In this document: piece after piece, positions 1 to 9,451 of the stretch
Layout of the letters: the number at the start of each line of letters is the position of its first letter
How positions within the stretch are numbered: position 1 is the stretch's first letter
From: Proteromonas lacertae
Taxonomy: Eukaryota
Reading direction: 5' to 3'
Length of the DNA: 64,000 nucleotides
NCBI GenBank assembly: GCA_002245135.1
Contig: NGBS01001177.1
Coordinates: 1 to 64,000, forward strand
The notes under the pieces: model-generated
The model's database searches: none
What the model saw: only the letters and a program-made list of their open reading frames with translations
What the model was told of the DNA's origin: nothing
Made by a program: the position numbers and the translations under genes

Positions 1-40
1 ACTAAATATAGAAACTTCATCATCACTGTCAGTAGACTCA

Positions 41-562
41 TCATGGTATATAAATTGAACGTACAATAAAGAAAAATTTGATCATATTCATAGTATCAGC
101 TAGTTCATGTAATATATCTTTGATATCACTATTATTAACAAAATCATGATAACATTGTTGTGGTGTACTGTAATTTCTATTATTATAATTGAAAAACCCA
201 TTTCCTGGTAACACCTGAGATGATTTATCGACTTCTCTAGCATCACGTATTCTATCATTAAATCTTTGATTTTGGTTAGGTTTTGGTAGGGAAGAAGGCA
301 TTAATCCACCAAAGAATGTATCACTGATTATTGGTATATCATTATTATATCTTTTTTTATTTTGAATAGCATCTGTACTAAATAATGGCGCTAATCTTCG
401 TTTTGGAGCTTCTTCTGGTGGTGTAGGTGGAAGTGGTGGTGGTTCATCTGTATGTTTATGTTTATGATGATGGCGATGCTTATGTTTATGATGTTTATTT
501 TTATTAAAAGTTTGTTCTAGAAGCTTAAAAAATGCTTTTAAAAGCTTTTTATGTTTGCTCAT
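41..562 (-). CDS. Element ORF, His/Lys- and Pro-rich N-terminus, unknown function; may continue off the left edge after a 1-nt frameshift
   Basis: ATG at 562 (MSKHKKLL...). The +1 frame after the T-run (plus-strand A-run 72-76) stays open to the window edge (YVQFIYHDESTDSDDEVSIFS). Confidence 0.5.
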   Translation of the reverse strand: MSKHKKLLKAFFKLLEQTFNKNKHHKHKHRHHHKHKHTDEPPPLPPTPPEEAPKRRLAPLFSTDAIQNKKRYNNDIPIISDTFFGGLMPSSLPKPNQNQRFNDRIRDAREVDKSSQVLPGNGFFNYNNRNYSTPQQCYHDFVNNSDIKDILHELADTMNMIKFFFIVRSIYIP

Positions 563-607
563 TATATAGACAGAATTCGCGAAATAAATCAAAAATGGAA
601 ATATGAA

Positions 608-637
608 ATTTGATTGGTCGGATGATTTGATTGGTCG
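608..637 (+). promoter_or_regulatory. Tandem ATTTGATTGGTCG (inverted CCAAT box) x2 in the divergent promoter of element ORFs
   Basis: Exact 13-bp direct repeat at 608-620 and 625-637. The same core lies at 5328-5337, upstream of the 5243(-) ORF. Confidence 0.5.
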
Positions 638-722
638 ACTTTAAAAATAAAAAGAAATTTTCATTTTCATTTTTCTTGACATTTTTTAATCATTTTTTAT
701 TTTCATCTCTCCCTTATATAAA

Positions 723-1490
723 ATGAGTAACGAAACACCCTATGAAGCTACAGATGTAGAATTCAGTGATTACTACAAGAATCCAAAGTTATGTAACAAG
801 TGGATTATTAAAGGAACTGTTGAGAGTATTACAGTTAAGCCTACTAAAACTAGTCAATATGTATTGATTACTTTTGTTCATGATTTGGATCATAAAGTTG
901 TAATTAATAATGGAAGAAATTTTGAAACATATTCAGCTGATGAAGTGAAATATGTATTGAAACAAATTTATGATAGAAACGAGAATGACTTTATAGAAAA
1001 AATCATTCGTGGATATTTGATTAGTGTAGGATGTAGAGAACCTCAACATGGTATTAAATACTTCCACAATTTCAATTCTATTATGATATGGGATAATAGT
1101 AACTATAGAGTTCCATCTGATGTTGATGTTGGTAGTAAAATTGCTGTAAGTGTTGTTGATAATCAAATCTCTATTAAGAGTAATGGTACTCAAAACTTTG
1201 TTAATCATAGAGTTTGTAGTGATATTGTTGGTTATGATGAAAACCCTGATTTAGCTACAACTATTAGAAGAAGTAATGAGAAGAAAATTAAGAAAGAACA
1301 AGCTAATCAAAACAAATTTGTTTCACCTCCAAGAATTAAGAGAACTAAGATAGAAGATAGTGATTTAATTAGTACTCGTAGACCATTCCCTGCTAAGAAA
1401 GTAATTAGTAATGGTTTTATTAGTGCTGCTAAGTCTATTAACTTTGGTAACGCTTTAAGTGATAAGGATTTGGGAGAGGTAGAAGAATGA
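723..1490 (+). CDS. Element ORF, putative OB-fold ssDNA-binding protein
   Basis: 255-aa intron-free ORF. Beta-strand pattern KWIIKGTVESI...YVLITF...IMIWD...VDVGSKIAV resembles RPA/SSB OB folds; disordered tail. Confidence 0.45.
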   Translation: MSNETPYEATDVEFSDYYKNPKLCNKWIIKGTVESITVKPTKTSQYVLITFVHDLDHKVVINNGRNFETYSADEVKYVLKQIYDRNENDFIEKIIRGYLISVGCREPQHGIKYFHNFNSIMIWDNSNYRVPSDVDVGSKIAVSVVDNQISIKSNGTQNFVNHRVCSDIVGYDENPDLATTIRRSNEKKIKKEQANQNKFVSPPRIKRTKIEDSDLISTRRPFPAKKVISNGFISAAKSINFGNALSDKDLGEVEE

Positions 1491-1555
1491 TTTAATTATT
1501 TTAATTCATTAATTCTTTAAATATATATCATTCATATTTTTTATATATTGTTTGA

Positions 1556-2715
1556 ATGTCACTACAAGATAAAATAAATGAGTTATACAAAACATATGGT
1601 TATTTAAACAAACGAGACTTTATTAATTTCTCTGTAAATGAACTTGAGAATAACTTTAAAAAATCTGACATTAAAAAGCTAGTAGTGAACTTGTAGAGTC
1701 TAAACCAGATTATCAAATCACTGCAACTAAAAGGAATAGAATTAAATATGAAATTGAAAAGTTACCTGGGTCATATCAAATAGATTTGGTGTTTTTCAAC
1801 AATACAAAAGTTCCATTTTTGTTAATTATAGAAGTTGTTAGTCGTAAGTGTTGGATATATTATGTTAAATCTAAATCAGAAAATGATGTATATCCAGTGT
1901 TTGAAAAATGGTTTTATCAGGGTATGCAACCTAAGGATGAAAACGCTCGTTTTGTAGGAAGTATATTGTCAGATGAAGAGTCTGGTATTATCTATGGTAA
2001 GAAATTTTTAGATTTGTTTAACAAAAATCATATACGATTTATACTTAAAGAACGTAATGAACATAATATAATGAAAATATTGGATCGATGTGTGAGAACT
2101 ATTAAAGATATGTTTTATAGAAAAATTAATACATTTTCTGATGAAGAATTTGATAAAATTAACAATATTGAATCATTGTGTAATATAGTATATACTGTTG
2201 TAGATGATTACAATGCAAAACCACATTCTGCACTCAATAATCTAACTCCAAATGAAGTATTCAATGATTTTGAAGTCCAAGATAGATTGTATAAAGAATC
2301 CCATGCTAGAAACTTAAAGAAGCGTAAAAGTGATACTCATTTTAAAGCTGATGATTTTGTCAGAATAAAGGAACGTAGAGATAACAAACTTCAAAAAACT
2401 ACTTATTATACTGATAAAGTATACCAAATACACAAAGTTGGACCATTTTCATATTCTGTTAAGAACTTGGATGGAACAATACCTAGAGAATTCAATCCTA
2501 GAGATATAGGTTCATATAGATTCAAATCTCATGAAATTAAAAGAGTACCAGTTAATAGTATTACAACAAATGGCAAGTTTAGATTAAGACAAATTCATAG
2601 TATAAACAATGAAGCACAACCTATAGAACCAGATATTCAACCAGTACCAGAAGGTAGAAAAAGTAGATATGGTAGAGTATATAAGAAAAATTCGCTATTT
2701 AATGATTTCGTATAA
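1556..2715 (+). CDS. Polinton/Maverick-type retroviral-like (rve) integrase, with a -1 frameshift near 1673-1677
   Basis: Motifs YQIDLVF (D), IIEVVSRK, ILSDEES (D), ILDRCVRTIK (third acidic residue D), YNAKPHSALNNLTP, and a C-terminal SH3-like FKADDFVRI...YQIHKV...YSVKNLDG. ATG 1556 joins this frame if one A is added to the A5 run. Confidence 0.85.
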
Positions 2716-2854
2716 TTTTTATGTTTTTTATTTATGTTATTTTTTACATATTAAACAAACACCAATTTTTATCAAAGTACTGAATTCAAAGTGCTTTTTC
2801 AAGTATATGGATTAAAGCATAAACCAGACAAATTTAAAGTATATATATTAATAC

Positions 2855-3709
2855 TTATAAGTTCTTCATTATCTTCTCAAACTCTTCAGCTTTCTTTCTT
2901 TTCTCTTCTTCTATTCTCTTCTTAAACTCTTCTTCCATTTTCTTTTCTAATTCATCGTTTTCTTTTTTCATCTTTTCTTCCATTTGTCTCTTTTGTTCTA
3001 ATACCCATTTCTTTCTTAACTCTTCTTGTTGTCTCATATTCTCTTCTTCTTGAAGCATTCTAATAACCACTAATTCTTCTTTTCTTTTCTTTTCTGCTTC
3101 TTCTTGTTTTCTTTTTCTCTCTGCTTCTTCTTGTACTTTTCTAACTCTTTCTTCTTCTTGTTGTTTTTTCTTTTTTTCTTCATCTTCTTGTTTCTTTCTC
3201 TCTGCATCTTGATGCTTAATTTTCTCTTCTATCTCTTTTTGTTTTTCTTCATCTTTTTTAGTTATTTCAGCATTAAAATACTTCAATTCAGCATCCAGTA
3301 TATCAATATCAGTAACATCAAGAAGTGTAGTATCAGACCTTGGTGACATTGGAGGTGTAAAGGTAGGACTTTGGCTACTTAATAAATCATCAGCAGATGT
3401 TCTTGATTCAGTATCTTTCACAATTATACCCATTGGTTCATCAACAAAATCAGAATCCTTAACAATCTTTCTTTTCTTTAAATGAATTAATTCATCATCA
3501 CTATCAATAACTGCTTTTGTTTTAGGTTTCTTTACAGTATCAGTTCTTCTTTTATAAACTCTTTTAGGTTTTTGAGGTACAGTTGGTGGTGGTGGTTCTT
3601 GTTGTGGTTGTTGTTGTTGTTTTAACTGAGGTTGAATAAAAGGTTTAATCTGTTTTACATTTGGTTTTACTATACTCTTCATCTCATCGTCACTAAAGTA
3701 TAAATCCAT
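2855..3709 (-). CDS. Element ORF, Q/P-rich plus E/K coiled coil; probably the 3' part of a longer ORF starting at 4026
   Basis: 284-aa ORF. The frame is open upstream (CKFDNQKLIPIKHLETLDQNEY) and overlaps the end of the 3751-4026 ORF. Confidence 0.55.
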   Translation of the reverse strand: MDLYFSDDEMKSIVKPNVKQIKPFIQPQLKQQQQPQQEPPPPTVPQKPKRVYKRRTDTVKKPKTKAVIDSDDELIHLKKRKIVKDSDFVDEPMGIIVKDTESRTSADDLLSSQSPTFTPPMSPRSDTTLLDVTDIDILDAELKYFNAEITKKDEEKQKEIEEKIKHQDAERKKQEDEEKKKKQQEEERVRKVQEEAERKRKQEEAEKKRKEELVVIRMLQEEENMRQQEELRKKWVLEQKRQMEEKMKKENDELEKKMEEEFKKRIEEEKRKKAEEFEKIMKNL

Positions 3710-3750
3710 ATACTCATTTTGATCTAATGTCTCTAGATGTTTAATGGGAA

Positions 3751-4026
3751 TTAACTTCTGATTATCAAACTTACATGAAAAGCAATAATAAACTGTGTAG
3801 CTGACTTCTCTAATTCGATATAGTTGAATTGTGGTGGACTTTGTTTCTTCTTTGATTTTTTGCTGTCATCATAAGCCAAACTTTGAATATACATTTCGTC
3901 GCAAAATGTCTTTAAATGCTGGATGTTACGACTTACTTTCTGATAGAACTCATAAGCCTGTCCCTTTAATGGAAGCTGGGAGCATAATTCTGAATTGGTT
4001 GGTTGTTTGACTCTGTCTGCTGGCAT
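3751..4026 (-). CDS. Element ORF, unknown; likely the 5' part of the 2855-3709 gene
   Basis: 91-aa ORF with ATG at 4026. It can be joined to the downstream ORF by a 1-nt insertion at 3778-3781 or by an intron starting at GTAAGT. Confidence 0.45.
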   Translation of the reverse strand: MPADRVKQPTNSELCSQLPLKGQAYEFYQKVSRNIQHLKTFCDEMYIQSLAYDDSKKSKKKQSPPQFNYIELEKSATQFIIAFHVSLIIRS

Positions 4027-4207
4027 TTTTGATTGAATGATTGAATAATTAATTTTCTATTAAAGTAAAAAAATGAAAAAAATAAAATACTGAAAATGAG
4101 TAAGAAAAGTGTGAATGAAAAAAAAACGGTTTTTCTTTATGTAATATTTAAGGGGGTACAAAAAATAACTTTCAAAAATCAAATACGAAAAAAGTCTATA
4201 TATAAAA

Positions 4208-4591
4208 TTAAATATTTATGATTGGTTTTTGAATTTCAATCTCAGGTTTATTAATAGGAATAATTTCTATTTCTGTTTCTAATTGCTCTTCATCTTCGTT
4301 ATCACTAACATTTCTAGAATTTATTCTACTATTTTCAGGTGTTAAAGTAAATGGAATAGCAGAAACAATAGTAGATTTTCTTAATGCTAATTGAACAGCA
4401 GGTTCTGGCTCAGCTAATATTTCACTTAATTCTGGAGGACAGGCTTTATGATAACACCATGCACATATTCTCTTGCATTTATAAAGAACCCATAGAACTA
4501 CACAACCTAATAAAATATACAGTTCTTGTTTCAAACCATTTAAAGTATCTTTCATATCACCTAACATAACTATAGATGTATTATATGGCAT
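4208..4591 (-). CDS. Element ORF, small single-pass membrane protein
   Basis: 127 aa with hydrophobic LYILLGCVVLWVLY followed by a Cys-rich basic patch. Confidence 0.45.
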   Translation of the reverse strand: MPYNTSIVMLGDMKDTLNGLKQELYILLGCVVLWVLYKCKRICAWCYHKACPPELSEILAEPEPAVQLALRKSTIVSAIPFTLTPENSRINSRNVSDNEDEEQLETEIEIIPINKPEIEIQKPIINI

Positions 4592-4655
4592 ATTATGTGA
4601 AATTATTTATATATAAAAACGCATAGAAATATAAAAATGAATTTTAAACCAAAAG

Positions 4656-5243
4656 TTAATTAATTATACAAGTAGGTGATGTAGTTAGATCTACTGTAGC
4701 TACCCCCGGGATAGGACTTGTAGAACAATCTACTTTAGCAATATCTACCTTTGGTCGACCCTCGGCAGTGGAACTATTCTCTACTTTACGCTTCTTATCT
4801 TCTCCACTATTATCACTTCCTTTCTTTACTTCTTCATATCTTCTCTTCTTCTTATTTCTACACTCTGTACAAGATTTATAGAATACACCTTCACTCTTAT
4901 AACCAAATTCATCATTAGCTTTCTTCTTACCACAAGTACTACATATCTGTGAATCTGGATCTAACTTTGTTATATCCTTTCTTTTTTTAGATTTAGATTC
5001 ACTTTGTTTTTCTTCCTTCACTTCTTCTTCTTCTTCCATTGTTATATCAATATCATCACCTGGTTGTTCACTCCATTCTGGATCATCTTCATACTCTTCA
5101 ATCACAGAATACATACCATCCAACATATCCTTGAATACTTTAATAATTAATGATTTTACTTCAGACATATCATTCTCATACATTTCACCTTCTTGTAAGT
5201 GTTTTTCAATATTAGCATCTAATTCGTTTTGTATATCACTCAT
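4656..5243 (-). CDS. Element ORF, acidic N-terminus plus C4 zinc finger
   Basis: CSTCGKKK...YKSCTECRNKKKRR (CxxC...CxxC followed by a basic helix). Confidence 0.6.
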   Translation of the reverse strand: MSDIQNELDANIEKHLQEGEMYENDMSEVKSLIIKVFKDMLDGMYSVIEEYEDDPEWSEQPGDDIDITMEEEEEVKEEKQSESKSKKRKDITKLDPDSQICSTCGKKKANDEFGYKSEGVFYKSCTECRNKKKRRYEEVKKGSDNSGEDKKRKVENSSTAEGRPKVDIAKVDCSTSPIPGVATVDLTTSPTCIIN

Positions 5244-5371
5244 TTTAATTTATGTAGATTATTTCAAAAATCGCAAGAAATTTATGAATGAAAAGAATTA
5301 TGTAATATTATGTTTATTTCTATTCAGCCAATCAAATAACAAAAATTCAATTAAAACCAATGATTTAAGAA

Positions 5372-5713
5372 TTAGTTATGAAATCTTAGTCTTTCTTCAA
5401 TGATGTTTTTTTCATCAATACCATAACGCTTTAACATCTTTGTTTTTCTGCGCTCTTCTTCAGGATCAACCCATTTTCTAGGGCGTATGGTTGCTTGTGC
5501 TACTCTGGTTGGTTTATGAATTGCACGCCATTCTTCATACTTTCTATCATCCTCATCAGCTGTATCAGAAGTATACCACATTACTACTGGAGGTGGCTCA
5601 GCTACTATTCTAGCTACTTCACTTTCAATGATTGCATAGATTCTTTCAAAGTCTTCATCTTCACGCTTATTTCTATCTTCTATATTAACATTCTCGATCC
5701 AAATTCTTGACAT
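5372..5713 (-). CDS. Element ORF, unknown charged protein
   Basis: Likely ATG at 5713 (MSRIWIENV...); intron-free; last ORF before the terminal block. Confidence 0.5.
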   Translation of the reverse strand: MSRIWIENVNIEDRNKREDEDFERIYAIIESEVARIVAEPPPVVMWYTSDTADEDDRKYEEWRAIHKPTRVAQATIRPRKWVDPEEERRKTKMLKRYGIDEKNIIEERLRFHN

Positions 5714-5855
5714 TCTTTTGAAATTATGATTGATAAAAAACAATAAGAAAAAGTTAAATGAAATTATATACAAAAAACAAAAGAAAAATTTTAACCCATA
5801 AAATAACTCATACACTAAAATATATAAAGAAATTTAAATTCACCGCTTCCTCCAG

Positions 5856-5972
5856 TATAACCCGTACCAAAAACTAATTTACACTCAAATCGCTTATTCT
5901 TACCTGTAGAAGGCACCTAAGAATAGTCTGGTACGGGTTACCCACCTACAGTGATATTCTTACGGTTATACA
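5856..5972. repeat. Nested inverted/direct repeats; candidate element terminus
   Basis: TAACCCGTACCA 5858-5869 / TGGTACGGGTTA 5929-5940 (perfect 12-bp IR). TATTCTTAC at 5895 and 5955, with inverted TAAGAATA at 5918. CTGTAG 5904 / CTACAG 5946. TATAACC 5856 / GGTTATA 5964. Ends ...TTATACA at 5972. Confidence 0.75.
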
Positions 5973-6109
5973 TATATCTGAAATATTTTATCCATCTTCT
6001 TTCTTTAATCAACAACAATCTCTCTTCTTTCTCTTATGGAAATAAATAACAACAAAAAACAAAACAATATCTATATCAATATATCAATAATAAGGATTTT
6101 AATTATCAT

Positions 6110-9100
6110 TCATATCTCAGTCAGTTGTTGTAAACAACAATCTTCTCTTTTACTTAGAACTCTACTGTAGATCTCATTCATTTCATTACTGTAAGCCTAT
6201 ACGATATATATACATTACAATATATACTTGTAGTCCTTTAGATTTTACTAAGAATTTCAATGATAAACTCAATAATTTCTCACTCTTTTCTATCTCTTTT
6301 AATCTCAAATATTTTATTCCATTGTTCCAACTAATACTCGTATAAAAATCATAATCACTATTATCAAAATCATCATCTTTTATATTTTCACATATTTGAT
6401 TGATTTCTTCAAGCCATTTGTATAATTCTTCTTTGTTTTCACTTTGTAATAATAATTTTCTTAAGATTCTACTTAAACACTTTATATCTATTGGATTCTG
6501 TTGATATAAATATTGTAAACATAACGATAAGCATTTCTATATAATAATAATAATAATAATAATAATATGTATAATAATATATATTTATATACTTTATATA
6601 TTATTGGTTTGGAATTGGTATTTTTAGCTATTTCAGAGATATATTCTAATATTTCTGGGTTTATTATTATTGTACTTGATTCAATATATTCATTGAATAA
6701 CTCTTCAATATTATCATTATTATGTAAATATAAATTACATTCCATTTCGATTGTATTTAATATTAACATATTCTCATTTATTGTGCAAATATTCTCTTTT
6801 CTACCAAATACTATCAAATTATCATTTTTATTATTCTCAAAGTGTTTCTTTAATTTCAAACATAATCTTTTACATATTTCAATTTCTCTTAATACTTCTT
6901 TATATTCTTCTTCTTCTTCTTCTTTCTTTTCTTCGTTCTTATTTATTGTCTCAAATAATAGGCTTGAGGATAATAATAAGGAAGATTTCTTTAAGGATAA
7001 TAGTATATTTGAAGGAGGTAAATAACAACTATATTCATAACATAATTTCAAGTATTTATGACTCATTTTATAATTCTCTTTTTCTTTCAATAATAACCCT
7101 TTATTCCATAATATTCCAACTATCCAATTAATCTCTTCCATATTTCCAAATATTGATTTTATCTCATTCTCTATTTTTTCATTATATTCTTCTTCTTCTT
7201 CTTTCTTTATTTTTATATTATCTAATTTCATTAATCCATTTGAAAAGTATTGTAATATCTTATTATCATCATTTATATGGTTATTATTATATAATTCTAT
7301 TAAACATCGAAGTATTGGACCAATCTTTATATTATTATGTAAATATAACAGTCTTTCTAAGGATTCTATGGAGATTGATATATTATTATTTTTAATGGCT
7401 TCTTCACAACATAAATATAAATATTTTACATCATAATCTTTTGCATTCATTAAATTGTTCAAACATTCTTTCATTTCATTTATATTTATTCTATCAATAT
7501 TATTGTTTATATATATATGATATAATAAGAAATGAGACTATTTATATTATATAATAATCATTATACTTTGATTGTATTGTCTATCTTTATACATTCTTTG
7601 GCTTTATTAATGGCTTCATTCACATTATGTGTTTCATTGTAACAATCAGATAACATTCTTAATATGGAGGGAATATAACTGTTATTATTATTATTCAATA
7701 AATGCAATAACTCATTACACCACTATTATATATTTATATATTTATTTATATATATATACATTTATTGATTCATTATATTGTTTATTTTCATAATACAATA
7801 TACAAGTGTTGTATAATAGATTATATATTGAAGATAATTGACATTCTGATAATGAATTAATATCTATTTAATAATAATCAATAAACAATATATAGATATA
7901 AAAATACTTGATTTAAATTCATTCAATATTTCCATTACATCTAATGGAATTGGATTTTTAGATAAAAGTATTTCCAATATTTCTAAATTAATATCAACAC
8001 AATGATCAATAAAATGTTCTTTTAATTCATTATACCAATATAATTCATTATTGTCTTTAGATATTATATTATTATTTAATATCATATGACAAGCATCTAA
8101 ACATAATGAATATTCTTTACTATTATGATTCAATAACATTTCCATTAATTTCACTATTTCATCGGTTTTGTAAAAATAATATAAATTAAAGAAAATATAA
8201 ATAAAAATATATAAAAATGATATAGTTTTAGTAAAACATATATATTTTATCATCAAATATATACCAATTCCATATTTTTCATATTCACACAAATATAAAC
8301 AGTTTAATGCTTTCTTATCTTTGTTCATTATATAACAATCACTTAATAGCAATAATACTTTCATATTCTTATTATCATCACAATTATTACTTATCATTGA
8401 ATAAAATATCTCACCTATTTCTATCACATCATTATATCGATTCATTTTGTGATATTCTTTTAAGATTCCAAATCTATATATAATAAACAATATTAATAAA
8501 TACATTAAATTGTATATTTCTTCATTCTTATTATCATTTAAATAGGAAATTATTGTATTTATCAGTTTTATATTGTTTATCAGTTTGTCTTTATTATTCT
8601 TTTCTTCTCGTGATATATAGTCGATATAACTGACTAACATCTCATATATTGATTCTAAACATATTTCCATATCTTCATTCTTTTCAGTTATTATACTCTC
8701 AATTCCACCATTTTCTTCTAATATCTCCAATACTCGCTCATAGCATGATATTCCTCGTATATTGACATTGTTTATTCTCAATATTGATATACCACTTCGA
8801 CAGTAAGCTTTAATCACTTCATTTCTTAAACTCTTCATTGAATTGAATTTTGTGCTTGTATTCAACATTTCACAGGATAGTATTCGACATTCAATCAGAA
8901 AGTTCATTCGATTCAGTGTATTACACTTTTGCATTTCACTTCGAACTAAATTGTAAAGCTCTATTGATATTGTATGTAAAATCTCAGCATTTGATAGAGA
9001 CAGAGTCTCATTCTTCTCGATTGCTCTTATTTCGTTTGATAATACTGAAGAAGATTTAAACAACAAATAAAGTACTTTTGATTTTCTCCATATCGATGGT

Positions 9101-9154
9101 TTGTAACTTGATTAAGTCACTGATAGATCTTAATTGATAAAACAGTTGTTCCAT
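6110..9154 (-). CDS. ZIP4: Meiotic TPR protein ZIP4/SPO22/TEX11, multi-exon
   Basis: TPR-like helices throughout; WIVGILWNKG; C-terminal SISWNNGIKY...SEKLLSLSLKFL...YSNEMNEIYSRVL matches the TEX11/ZIP4 C-terminal pattern. Confidence 0.7.
8170..8223 (-). other. Candidate U12-type AT-AC intron (54 nt, in frame) in ZIP4
   Basis: Minus strand ATATCATTTT...TTTCTTTAAT...TTTTAC; would remove the low-complexity peptide ISFLYIFIYIFFNLYYFY. Confidence 0.65.
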
Positions 9155-9451
9155 AAGTATAAAACTAGAATAAAGAAAAAAGGATCGTTTCTGGCAAACA
9201 GAATCCAAGCCTAAATACCTTAAAAACGTGAATATATTCATCATCAATACATAACTGAATAAATGAATGTGCATTTCTGTGTTTTGGAATTGTAAACTGT
9301 AATATAGCAGTATATATCAAAATAGTAATAATATTGTAATTGTAAGTGTGTATTATGGATGTAAGTCATAAATATAATATTTTATTAGAATTTATATATA
9401 CAAAACACCAATAGAAAACAATTTAATGAAATACAGATTATCAACTATCAA

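Larger units (their letters stand above)
1..5972. mobile_element. Right portion of an integrated Polinton/Maverick-like (rve-integrase) DNA element; runs off the left window edge
   Basis: Cluster of compact, apparently intron-free ORFs in an otherwise intron-rich genome. Includes a Polinton-type integrase, element-specific ATTTGATTGG upstream motifs and a relatively GC-rich terminal block with nested inverted repeats (5856-5972). No capsid, pPolB or packaging ATPase is visible in the window. Confidence 0.7.

Noticed and set aside
5895..5910. TTCTTACCTG as the 5' end of a U1 snRNA
   Set aside because: Imperfect match, no recognisable U1 stem-loops, and better explained as one of the TATTCTTAC repeats.
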